From contig CAOLNK010000001.1 of the NCBI GenBank assembly GCA_948477625.1, positions 63,946 through 127,945 of the forward strand: DNA of 64,000 nt, written 5' to 3'. The position numbers and the translations under genes are program-made. The stretch's first letter is position 1, and each line of letters begins with the position of its first letter. The stretch is from an uncultured Candidatus Saccharibacteria bacterium (lineage in GTDB: Bacteria; Patescibacteriota; Saccharimonadia; Saccharimonadales; Saccharimonadaceae). The notes under the pieces were generated by a model that worked only from the letters and a program-made list of their open reading frames with translations, had not been told where the DNA came from and did not search any database. Positions 1 through 8,103 of this stretch are shown here, one piece after another.

Positions 1-45
1 TGGTCGAAGACACTATCCATGTTAAAGGTATTCCTACGCTAATTT

Positions 46-600
46 ATGACGGAAAGAAACATAATGGGCTTTATCAGTAAACTTATTATTTTTCCCTTCA
101 AACTCGCCAAGTGGCTCATTCTTTGGGCGTTCGTCACTTTTGTCCTAGTTGCACTTTTCTCTACGCCAGTTGAGGGGCTTTCTGAACGCCAGCAGGGTGT
201 AATTTCGCAAAACTGTTCCACTATCCAGCAATCCCTTAGCCAGCTGCAAAAAATCGATTCACGCACGCGTACCTATCTTGGCACCACATACGAGACAATT
301 GCTAATCGTTTTATCATCCCGCTCAACCTGCGCTTAGTCAAGAACAACCGCCCCACTTTTTCCGAAATTCAAGCTGAGTTTACCTTGGAACAGACTAAGT
401 TCCGTGAAGCCTACACTGATTACATGCGTGAACTCGAAGCGCTTATCGTCACTGATTGCAAAAATTCTCCCGAAGAGTTCTACCAAAAGCTAGTAACCAC
501 GCGCAAAAAACGTGCCACTCTGCGTGCCACTACTGAACGTCTATCTGACTTATCCGGTCAGCAGTACGCCGCTGTTCTAGAATTGAGGGATAAATTATGA
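46..600 (+). CDS. hypothetical membrane-anchored protein
   Basis: 184-aa ORF with an N-terminal hydrophobic helix (LILWAFVTFVLVALF) and a helical remainder. Its stop overlaps the next start (ATGA). No family recognised. Confidence 0.5.
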   Translation: MTERNIMGFISKLIIFPFKLAKWLILWAFVTFVLVALFSTPVEGLSERQQGVISQNCSTIQQSLSQLQKIDSRTRTYLGTTYETIANRFIIPLNLRLVKNNRPTFSEIQAEFTLEQTKFREAYTDYMRELEALIVTDCKNSPEEFYQKLVTTRKKRATLRATTERLSDLSGQQYAAVLELRDKL

Positions 601-989
601 GCACTACGCGTGGCGGCCGCAATCTAGCTATTCTTGGAGTTGGCTCAATTTTGCTCGCCATTATCACTACGTCGGTTAGCTTGGCTATGTATCGCATTTC
701 TGGCGATATTTATCTCGATCGCTCCCGCCCCGGCTATTTGCCCGACGAGAAGGAGGTTAAGGAAGACACTGACACCACTACCAACTTCACTTTCTCCGAT
801 AGCGGTACGCTTACAGCTGAAGATCTAGACGAATATCTCAATGCTCTCCATACCCTAGACACGCAGCTTAAGAACTTTGACGACCCATATTCTCCAACGC
901 CTCTATCTGATGAATCTCTTGGTATTCCTAGTGAATTTGCTGAAGAGCCTTCCGAACCGCTAGAGTTCCCCGAAGATTTCTCGTTCTAG
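597..989 (+). CDS. hypothetical membrane protein with acidic C-terminal tail
   Basis: 130-aa ORF translationally coupled to the previous ORF. It has a TM helix (LAILGVGSILLAIITTSVSLAM) and a D/E/P-rich tail. Confidence 0.5.
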   Translation: MSTTRGGRNLAILGVGSILLAIITTSVSLAMYRISGDIYLDRSRPGYLPDEKEVKEDTDTTTNFTFSDSGTLTAEDLDEYLNALHTLDTQLKNFDDPYSPTPLSDESLGIPSEFAEEPSEPLEFPEDFSF

Positions 990-1069
990 ACACTACAGAT
1001 AGCGCCTATTGCGAGGCTTACCTCTATACTAGCACAGATTTAGCATTTTGTCAAGCGTTAGTGTAATCA

Positions 1070-2395
1070 CTAACGCACTTCTTCGCTTGCACTTCGTGGC
1101 GCATGCACTAGTCGCGTAGCTGCTGACTCTTGATTACCAGGGAAGACTAGTTTTCGAATCCACGCATCCGCTGGCCCTGCCGACATCAGCAACACCAAGT
1201 ATCCTTTCTTATGCCAATCCAGCAATTTCTGCGCCAGTTCATCATTTAGTTCGGCTGCCTCGGCTATTTTTTTGTTCTCTAGTTTTGCCACAAACTGTGT
1301 CGGCTTCAAAATCTCCAACTTTGGGTTCTCCCGCGTCAAGAAAGTTGGCACCCAGTATAGTTTCGTTAATCCTTGAAACACTGGCGCATACTCTTCTAAT
1401 AACTCTACCTGACGGCTGTTCTGATGTGGCTCATATACTGCTACTACACCTTTTAGCCCCCGGCGCTCAGCTTCTTCAATTGCAATCTCTACCGTGGCTG
1501 CCACCTCCTCAGGATGATGAGCGTAATCTGAATAATATCCTTCTGACACTTGCTCAAATCGCCGTCCCACACCAGGGAATTCATTCATCATCTGCAACAA
1601 TTTGCGCCGTTGTAATGCCGAAATCTTCATCAAACCTTTGGGCTTTGGCATAATCCGTTGAATCACATCCAGTGCCAGTGTAGCATCATAGCGCCGCGCC
1701 TCTCCCGCCAGCGTCAGGCCCGAATCAATCTCGTCGCCGTGTATCACGGTTTCACTTTGAGCCTCGAACTGCGTAAATGCCTGTCGATACTCCTCCATTG
1801 TCGGATAGATATCTGGATGATCATACGATACTGTCGGAATCACTGCCAACCACGGATGAAACGCCAAGAAATTGCGGTCATATTCGTCCGCCTCATATAC
1901 AAAATACTGCGACTTCGGATCGTAATGACCAGCCTCAGCAAACGGCAAAGTTGTCCCAATGATATAAGACAACGGAATCCCTAATTGCTGCGCCATCCAG
2001 ACAATCATTGCCGTGGTTGTAGTCTTACCATGTGTGCCTGCTACAGCAATCAATTTTAGTTTTAACTTCTTCAACAAATAGTTTAGTAGTTCATCGCGTT
2101 TAGAAATTTTCAGCTTTAGTTTTTTTGCCATTAAGAGCTCCGGATGGTCAGCCGGCAAAGCCGAAGTATACACAAACCAGTCTACCCCGTCGTTTTTTAC
2201 TCGCGCTTTCAAAAACTCGCCGTCTTGATTGCCTAAGCAAAGCTGAATCCCATGGTTCACTAGCTCATTCGTTACCGCACCACCGGCCAAATCTGAACCA
2301 AACACTGTCATGCCCGCCCCTTGCGCCATCAACGCCAGTGGCCCCATACCTGTACCGGAAATTCCCGATATATAAATCTTCAGTGGCTTACTCAT
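1070..2395 (-). CDS. murC: Mur ligase family protein, UDP-N-acetylmuramate--L-alanine ligase-like (MurC/Mpl type)
   Basis: Contains a Rossmann-like N-terminus (ISGISGTGMGPLALMAQGAGMTVFGSDL), a P-loop (GTHGKTTTT) and DYAHHPEE. The start is set at MSKPLKIY because the upstream MCYNKP is translated promoter sequence. Confidence 0.75.
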   Translation of the reverse strand: MSKPLKIYISGISGTGMGPLALMAQGAGMTVFGSDLAGGAVTNELVNHGIQLCLGNQDGEFLKARVKNDGVDWFVYTSALPADHPELLMAKKLKLKISKRDELLNYLLKKLKLKLIAVAGTHGKTTTTAMIVWMAQQLGIPLSYIIGTTLPFAEAGHYDPKSQYFVYEADEYDRNFLAFHPWLAVIPTVSYDHPDIYPTMEEYRQAFTQFEAQSETVIHGDEIDSGLTLAGEARRYDATLALDVIQRIMPKPKGLMKISALQRRKLLQMMNEFPGVGRRFEQVSEGYYSDYAHHPEEVAATVEIAIEEAERRGLKGVVAVYEPHQNSRQVELLEEYAPVFQGLTKLYWVPTFLTRENPKLEILKPTQFVAKLENKKIAEAAELNDELAQKLLDWHKKGYLVLLMSAGPADAWIRKLVFPGNQESAATRLVHAPRSASEEVR

Positions 2396-2401
2396 GGGTT
2401 T

Positions 2402-2410
2402 ATTATAGCA
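2402..2410 (-). promoter_or_regulatory. extended -10 promoter TGCTATAAT, 6 nt from the murC-like start (leaderless)
   Basis: The plus strand reads attatagca. The spacing to the ATG is 6 nt. Confidence 0.6.
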
Positions 2411-2518
2411 CAAGAACTGTGCTCATAACGAGGAGTCTGAGCAAAAACGCGCTTGCGCAGTTTTCCGAAGCGGTGAAGTTATTTCTGGACCGAAGGTCTA
2501 TGATATAATGGTTGTAAT

Positions 2519-3223
2519 ATGGGTGGTAAAAAATCAAATCACGTTCGCCGGTTGTTGCGTAGTTTTGGTGCCGTGCAAAACTGGCAGTTACTTTTGATTC
2601 TCATTCCGCTTCTTTTTGTCACTGCTACTCTGCTCCGTCTCGACCATCTACGCATGGCGGAACTTCGTGATGCTGTGATTTCGGCCGACAACCTTGGCGA
2701 TGATGCGCTCCTGCAGGAGAAATTACAAGCCCTGCAGGAGTTTACGTTCAAGCATGTTGTGGTTAACATCGTCGAACGCAATGGTACCCAAAACCTCACT
2801 TTTGGCACTGGCCCGTTTTATTTGGAAGGACAGTATCTCCGTGCCGCCAATGAGGCTATTGCTGAAGCTGAAAGCCAACTGGCCAATGATAGTAATCCTA
2901 ACGGTAACATCTATGCTGCAGTTTCGGCGATCTGTCGTCCACTCGCTCTCGCCAACGGCTGGGCTTGGAATAGTCCCGGCTATCTCAATTGTTGGACCAG
3001 CGAGCTTGATAAGTACCCCGCCGCCGAGGAACTTAACTCTCAGCTCACCGCTAACGTACCCTCCACCGAACTCTTCCGCTATGATTATGCTTCACCTATC
3101 TGGGCACCCTCATGGGCTGGCTGGGCTATCCTCGCTTGTATCATTATCCTCGCAATTATCATCATTCGTCTCGTTATCTGGTGCGTTTTGCATATATTCC
3201 TCTTATTCTTAGGCAAAAACTAA
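2519..3223 (+). CDS. hypothetical membrane protein (N- and C-terminal TM helices)
   Basis: 234-aa ORF with a TATAAT box just upstream (tatgatataatggttgtaatATG). TM segments are LLLILIPLLFVTATLL and ILACIIILAIIIIRLVIW. Confidence 0.5.
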   Translation: MGGKKSNHVRRLLRSFGAVQNWQLLLILIPLLFVTATLLRLDHLRMAELRDAVISADNLGDDALLQEKLQALQEFTFKHVVVNIVERNGTQNLTFGTGPFYLEGQYLRAANEAIAEAESQLANDSNPNGNIYAAVSAICRPLALANGWAWNSPGYLNCWTSELDKYPAAEELNSQLTANVPSTELFRYDYASPIWAPSWAGWAILACIIILAIIIIRLVIWCVLHIFLLFLGKN

Positions 3224-3290
3224 AAACACCTCTTGACGCTCCCTAAAACTTAGCATAATATAGAGATATAATAACTTAAGGAGGGACCTC

Positions 3291-3500
3291 ATGGCCTACG
3301 AACATACTAACAGTAAAGGCGTTACCTACTACCTGCACAAGAAAGAAGTTACTTTGCGTGGTGGCAAACCACAGACTATTTATTTCTTTACCAAGACTGC
3401 TGAAGGTAGCAAGGGCACCCCATGTGACTTGCCGGCTGACCGTGAAGTTAACGAGAACCCACGCAACGGTTTCTTGACTTTGAAGAAAAAAGCTGCTTAA
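3291..3500 (+). CDS. small hypothetical protein (69 aa, basic)
   Basis: A strong SD (AAGGAGGG) lies 6 nt upstream of the ATG, and a clean terminator follows. Confidence 0.55.
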   Translation: MAYEHTNSKGVTYYLHKKEVTLRGGKPQTIYFFTKTAEGSKGTPCDLPADREVNENPRNGFLTLKKKAA

Positions 3501-3532
3501 AGTAAGCACGCACTAGAATATATTTAGGTACG

Positions 3533-3569
3533 AATCCCCACCCCTGGATTTGCAGGGGTGGGGATTTTG
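3533..3569 (+). terminator. rho-independent terminator
   Basis: aatccccacccctg / caggggtggggatt stem followed by a T run. Confidence 0.75.
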
Positions 3570-3834
3570 TTGGAATTATATCATTATCACATCTAGCACG
3601 AATTCAAATTTTTACCAACCACAAGCATGATAATTTCTAAATTTTATCATATCACTTATGTTTGCTAAAATCTTGCGGAGTATGTTAGCCTAAAAACAGA
3701 CAATGGTAAATTGGCATTTTTAGCAGTGACATCTGGGGGAAGGAGGTTACTATAGTAGTAATACTTTGGCGTTTACGTTTTGAAGCTACGCTCAATCCAA
3801 AAGTACGAGTTAGCTTTATCAAAAAGAAACGGAA

Positions 3835-3973
3835 CAAAAAAGTTGTCGACCATAAAAAACGGCCGACAACGCTAACTGGTTAATCTCATTCTCGCACAAA
3901 CAAGGGGCTGTGTCAACCCTTGCTATTGTCTTTTTATATTCATTTAGCCCTAGTGAATTTCAACATTTCCCCA
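3835..3973 (-). ncRNA. candidate small RNA (promoter-to-terminator unit without an ORF)
   Basis: On the minus strand, a GTTATAAT -10 box lies at 3980-3987, an internal hairpin is caagggttgacacagccccttg, and a hairpin at 3842-3870 is followed by a U run. Only 7-8 codon ORFs fit inside. This is purely a signal-based call. Confidence 0.2.
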
Positions 3974-3989
3974 AAAACCATTATAACTA

Positions 3990-4018
3990 TTGACAAAATT
4001 AAGAATGTGTGCTACAAT
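3990..4018 (+). promoter_or_regulatory. consensus sigma70-type promoter P1 (TTGACA-17-TGcTACAAT)
   Basis: TTGACA at 3990-3995 and TACAAT at 4013-4018, with TG at -15/-14. It drives a ~230-nt structured leader before the 4255 start. Confidence 0.65.
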
Positions 4019-4254
4019 GGAAGTATGTGTAGGTTAAATTTCGCACACCGGTATTGGATTTCAACAGTGGCCAATTTTGGCCTCGGTTTGCCATGCAATA
4101 CGGAATGTGCGGGAATTAGCCTAATTTAATCTCATAAATCGTTTATCTAGAAAAAGTCCCGGAAACCTCTTGGACGGGATTTCTCTAGCCGCAGATTCTA
4201 AAAGCGGCTAAGTATTAGTACATTAAAAATTTGTTCTCTCAAGGAGGAAAGTTT

Positions 4255-4659
4255 ATGGAGAATGCAAGAGTGATTTTTGAGCCAGGCGCTCATCTAAACA
4301 CTAAAGAAAAAGCTTTACTTGATTGGCTTGCGGACAATTTCAACGACTATATTACTGTTTTAGCTGAAAGCCCGCAAGAGGGAATTAATATGCCAGACAT
4401 TTTCTGTAGTGGTCGACGGGTCGAACTCAAGACCACGTCAGGTAATCTCACTACGCTTGATACTTTGCTGCGCAAAGCGGCCAAACAAGCGCGTGGTGAA
4501 TGCGCCATTGTAAACTTGGTGCAAGTTTCATATTCGTTTCAGGAAGCATGCGAAGTTACACTTAAACGCATAAAGCGTAGTAACCTGAGCGAAGTTTATT
4601 TGCTCATAGATGGTGTTGCCAAGGCACACTTAGTTCAGAACAAGGAGGAAACTGTATGA
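4255..4659 (+). CDS. orphan PD-(D/E)xK nuclease-fold protein resembling CdiA C-terminal (tRNase/DNase) toxin domains
   Basis: The motif pattern is E(K)ALLDWL...MPD-x9-ELK...KAAKQA. An AAGGAGG SD lies 7 nt before ATG 4255. There is no delivery domain. Confidence 0.45.
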   Translation: MENARVIFEPGAHLNTKEKALLDWLADNFNDYITVLAESPQEGINMPDIFCSGRRVELKTTSGNLTTLDTLLRKAAKQARGECAIVNLVQVSYSFQEACEVTLKRIKRSNLSEVYLLIDGVAKAHLVQNKEETV

Positions 4660-5828
4660 AAAATCAAATTACCATCGCAAAACATAACCTCAAGCTCGTC
4701 ATGCTCGAATCGGCATTGACGGCAGCTCTGTTATCAATGTCAATCATGACGCCATTTTTCTATTCGATTGGACTCAGCCAGCTCCAGATTTCACAGACGC
4801 AAGTGATTTTCACTGTAGTGATGGTGTTTCTTAATCTCCCTACAGGTTGGCTCGCCGACCGCTTTAGTCGCAAATGGGCTAATGTGATTGGTGATTTTGG
4901 CGTGGCGCTGACTTTTATCGCTTATGCTATGTCACAAAATTTCTTGATGGTTGTCGTTTGTGAGTGCTCTCTAGGTTTCTTTATGGCACTGAGCCAAGGA
5001 GTTGACCAGAGTTTGCTGCGGCACTTCTGTCAGAAAATTAACCCTAGCGAAGATTTCTTCCGTCAGAAAACCGCTCGGCTGAACTGTTGGCATTATGTAG
5101 TAATGCTGGTTTTAGTTTGGCTAGGCGGTCCGATTGGCGCGATTAGTCTCCGCTTGGCGGTTGCGCTCTCTGGCGTTCCATATATTATTGGCGGCATTGC
5201 TAGCCTTATGGTAGCCGATGATAGTAAAAAATTGGTTACCGACAAAAATCCATTCCGCGACATGCTACGAATCGTTGTGAGTAGCTTTCGTAATCAACCC
5301 CTGCGTCTACGTATTTTTACCTATGCTATTGGCCGGGAAATGACGCACGCTGTGATTTGGGTTTTTACACCACTTTTAATTATGGCGGGTGTTCCTCTGG
5401 CGATTGTATCAACCGCTTGGGCACTTAACGCCATGGCAAGCCTACTCGGTGCTCGATTGGCCACTAAATTTGGCTTCAAGCTCAAGGATTGGCAAATCTT
5501 TGCTCTGCCCTTAGCGATAATGGCGGTCAGCATGAGTATCATTGGTATACACCTGAACATTATTACCATTTGGTTCTATTTGTTAATGGGTGTTGTGCAA
5601 GGTTGGACTGGCGCCACATTGATTTCGTTAGTACAGCACTATACGTGCCCCGAAGAACAAACGTCCGTGATCTCTTTAACCAGTATCGTTGGGCGTTTAG
5701 TTTACATCCCCACTAGCTTATTGGTTGGTTGGGTTGGTGACTGGCAATTAGCACGCACCCCTTTGGTGGTCTTGCTGTGCTTTGCCCCAGTTGGGCTATT
5801 CCTGACTTTCCATCTTGCGAGAGAATAG
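4656..5828 (+). CDS. MFS transporter
   Basis: 390 aa with about 11-12 hydrophobic helices and an MFS loop motif (GWLADRFSRKW). The start overlaps the upstream stop (ATGA). Confidence 0.8.
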   Translation: MKNQITIAKHNLKLVMLESALTAALLSMSIMTPFFYSIGLSQLQISQTQVIFTVVMVFLNLPTGWLADRFSRKWANVIGDFGVALTFIAYAMSQNFLMVVVCECSLGFFMALSQGVDQSLLRHFCQKINPSEDFFRQKTARLNCWHYVVMLVLVWLGGPIGAISLRLAVALSGVPYIIGGIASLMVADDSKKLVTDKNPFRDMLRIVVSSFRNQPLRLRIFTYAIGREMTHAVIWVFTPLLIMAGVPLAIVSTAWALNAMASLLGARLATKFGFKLKDWQIFALPLAIMAVSMSIIGIHLNIITIWFYLLMGVVQGWTGATLISLVQHYTCPEEQTSVISLTSIVGRLVYIPTSLLVGWVGDWQLARTPLVVLLCFAPVGLFLTFHLARE

Positions 5829-5835
5829 CTCTGAC

Positions 5836-5861
5836 CCCACAAGTTATTATTGTGGGGTTTT
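5836..5861. terminator. bidirectional terminator hairpin
   Basis: ccccacaa / ttgtgggg stem, with A and T runs on either side. Confidence 0.6.
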
Positions 5862-5870
5862 CATTTCTCT

Positions 5871-6326
5871 AAAAGATCGGCACCGAACCGCGGCGTACCA
5901 AAGGCAGCGGAGGGAGAAACCGTTGTAGCGGTTATTCGGGCCATTCGACGGGTTCACACCAGTAGCATTAAAGTTGAGGTTGTAAGCGCTAGGCGTAGCC
6001 ACGCCGTCATACCGCGTACTAGAGCCACGCGACGACCACCAGTAGCCGTTGATGCCAGCGTTCCAAGACTTACCATCGTTAGGATTGAGGTTCCCGCTGC
6101 GCACGTTACCCCTCACAGTTTCATCAAATAGCCCCGAAGACAAATTCCATGCCATCGCAAAGCGAAAGCAGGTCTAGAAGTTCATTTTATTGATGACAAC
6201 CGTGGTTGCCAGGTGACAAACCTCAGCATATCTCTTGCGATACTGTAGAGGGGAACTTCACGATCTTTTCTGGAGAACCGCCGGCGAGCGGAGGAGTGAG
6301 CTCAAGCTGCCTTTGGTGCCCGTGGA
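5871..6326 (-). repeat. lectin-like cassette copy A (FISUMP/DUF1566-like C-terminal coding segment plus conserved flanks)
   Basis: The core at 5901-6104 encodes VRSG..GYWWSSR..AYNLNF..GFSLRCL. The flanks are shared with copy E: AAAAGATCG at 5871 and CGATCTTTT at 6261, plus a 68-nt block at 6259-6326. There is no SD or convincing start. Confidence 0.7.
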
Positions 6327-6351
6327 TATATGTCCATGTTATAATAATAAC

Positions 6352-6729
6352 ATGGATAAAAGAGTTACTGTTTCGAGTAAAAATGTAAAACTGATTTATG
6401 CTAACCGAATATGCTGTTTCGATAATGAGCAAACAGATATCAAGATTGAGCTCACCAACAAAAAAGAAGATGAGCTAAGGTTAAGTTTTTATTTTAAATA
6501 TTCTAATAGCTCAGAGCCTAAAGTTGACATTCATCCCAATACTAAAGCTGGTATCGACATTAAGCTTACAAACTTCAATAACCCTCTTGGTATGGGACTA
6601 AAAAGACCAATATTAATTGGTAAACTAGACGCAAAGAGTGTGTTCATGCTATTCAATATTTACAAGAACGATGATTCTAACCCTATTCTGGATTTAAGTC
6701 TATATATGGAGAGCTCAAATGTCGGGTAA
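6352..6729 (+). CDS. hypothetical protein (AT-rich cassette gene 1)
   Basis: 125 aa starting at MDKRV, 6 nt after a TATAAT box (leaderless). The segment is visibly AT-rich compared with its neighbours. Confidence 0.5.
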   Translation: MDKRVTVSSKNVKLIYANRICCFDNEQTDIKIELTNKKEDELRLSFYFKYSNSSEPKVDIHPNTKAGIDIKLTNFNNPLGMGLKRPILIGKLDAKSVFMLFNIYKNDDSNPILDLSLYMESSNVG

Positions 6730-7105
6730 AGGTTTCAATACTGACATACAACAAATCAAAACAGACGAAATTTGCGACAATCTGAATGAGAAAATCATTG
6801 CTATTACTGAATCAAAAGCGAGATTAGTCTATCAAAAGTATACCGGTATCCCCACAGCAGGCGCAATGCTATCGGATTTTGGCCTTCTTGTTGCTTTTGC
6901 TACACCTCTCATAACATCCGATTTTAATGGTATCCTGGGGTTTTCACCAGAGGTTTTAAAAGCCTGTTTTATAGTTGCATCGATAGTGTTTGCTTGTAAA
7001 TTTATCGGGTCTACCTTTCGCTATATAACGAAAGGTAGACGAATGAATGAAGAAAGTTTTCTGAAAGAGTTAAAGGGCCAGACAGAAGAGAAAAAGTTAT
7101 CGTAA
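6719..7105 (+). CDS. hypothetical membrane protein (AT-rich cassette gene 2)
   Basis: 128 aa, overlapping gene 1 by 11 nt. It has two hydrophobic helices (FGLLVAFATPLI and CFIVASIVFACKFIG). Confidence 0.5.
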   Translation: MSGKGFNTDIQQIKTDEICDNLNEKIIAITESKARLVYQKYTGIPTAGAMLSDFGLLVAFATPLITSDFNGILGFSPEVLKACFIVASIVFACKFIGSTFRYITKGRRMNEESFLKELKGQTEEKKLS

Positions 7106-7179
7106 AGCTTCGTAATTGGGTTTCAGTGGCGACTTCGCAAAAAAATAACACCACAAAGGTGTTATCGACTATCATTGCC

Positions 7180-7268
7180 TGGTGCACCTGACTAGACTCG
7201 AACTAGCACAGCTTAAAATCGCCACTACCACCTCAAGGTAGCGTGTCTACCAATTCCACCACAGGTGC
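7180..7268 (-). tRNA. tRNA-Leu (anticodon GAG), class II long variable arm, CCA encoded
   Basis: Manual cloverleaf: acceptor GCACCTG/CAGGTGC, anticodon loop TTGAGGT, T-loop TTCGAGT. Confidence 0.9.
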
Positions 7269-7448
7269 AAAGGCAAACAATGATACACTTATTATAGCAA
7301 AAATCCCAAAATCCACAAGTCCTATCTATGTGTTGTAAAAATTACAATAATTTTACCATAAAAGTCTTGCAAAAACCATAAACATCATGTATTATAGAGT
7401 CACAAAAGTCATGTATAAACATAAAAATTTAAAACAGGAAAACACACA

Positions 7449-8084
7449 ATGGAAAAAACTATCCAGAAGTTACTGGTCTTGACCGGTATTTTCATTGGCG
7501 CAGCCGTTGCGCTCACTCCACTTACTACTTACGCCGATTCGTCTAGTTGTCGTCCAACTGGCGCGCCGGCTGACCCAGATGAAGTTATCGATGTCAATAC
7601 TGCAGATTACGCCGAAAATGGCAACCAGAATAATACTAATGTCTGCGTCTATGTCGACACCGTTCTTTCACTCGATGCCGCTAATGGTGGTGACAAAATT
7701 ACAATGTATCCCGACATGGTACGTACCGGTCAATTCAACGTCCAGGTGCGTAGTGCTATGCCCTACACTATCTCTCTGAGCGCCGAGGAACCTGAGCTCA
7801 AAGAAGTCACCACCGAAAGCTACTTCATTCCTGCTCGTAGTGAAATTGCTGCCGGCAAGGTGGGTTGGGGAATTCGCAAGGCCAGCCAAACCGAAGGCTA
7901 CACCGCCGTTGCCACTGTACCACAAGTCTTCTTCGACAGTACTACCGATGACAATGGTACCGGTACGGACGTTGCAGATCTTTCCACTTGGCACGCTTTT
8001 GAAATCGGTGTCTCTGTAACCGACAAAGTCCCACAGGGAACTTACGCTACGGAAGTGACAGTTACTGCCGCAGTCAAAGAATAA
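7449..8084 (+). CDS. secreted surface protein, WxL/CscB-C-like (paralog family of 51086 and 52811)
   Basis: It has a signal peptide ending TTYA|DSS, a central WG motif and a C-terminal GTYATEVTVTAAV beta-strand motif. It lies next to a DUF916-like gene. Confidence 0.5.
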   Translation: MEKTIQKLLVLTGIFIGAAVALTPLTTYADSSSCRPTGAPADPDEVIDVNTADYAENGNQNNTNVCVYVDTVLSLDAANGGDKITMYPDMVRTGQFNVQVRSAMPYTISLSAEEPELKEVTTESYFIPARSEIAAGKVGWGIRKASQTEGYTAVATVPQVFFDSTTDDNGTGTDVADLSTWHAFEIGVSVTDKVPQGTYATEVTVTAAVKE

Positions 8085-8103
8085 GTGCTATAATAAGCAT
8101 ATA

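Noticed and set aside
3920-4129. A 69-aa ORF spanning promoter P1 and the leader of the nuclease gene.
   Set aside because: It starts upstream of, and reads through, a consensus -35/-10 promoter. It has no SD, and the region is better explained as a promoter plus a structured leader.
5901-6104. Diversity-generating retroelement (TR/VR) explanation for the lectin-like cassettes. Copy A is Asn/AAC-rich, like a template repeat, and C-type-lectin-like folds are the classic DGR targets.
   Set aside because: There is no reverse transcriptase in the window. In the A vs B alignment only about 11 of about 38 mismatches fall on A-copy adenines, and many are synonymous third-position changes. C and D are identical. 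Some Asn codons of A do align with variable codons in the other copies, so an ancient DGR origin cannot be excluded, but the current pattern is ordinary divergence.
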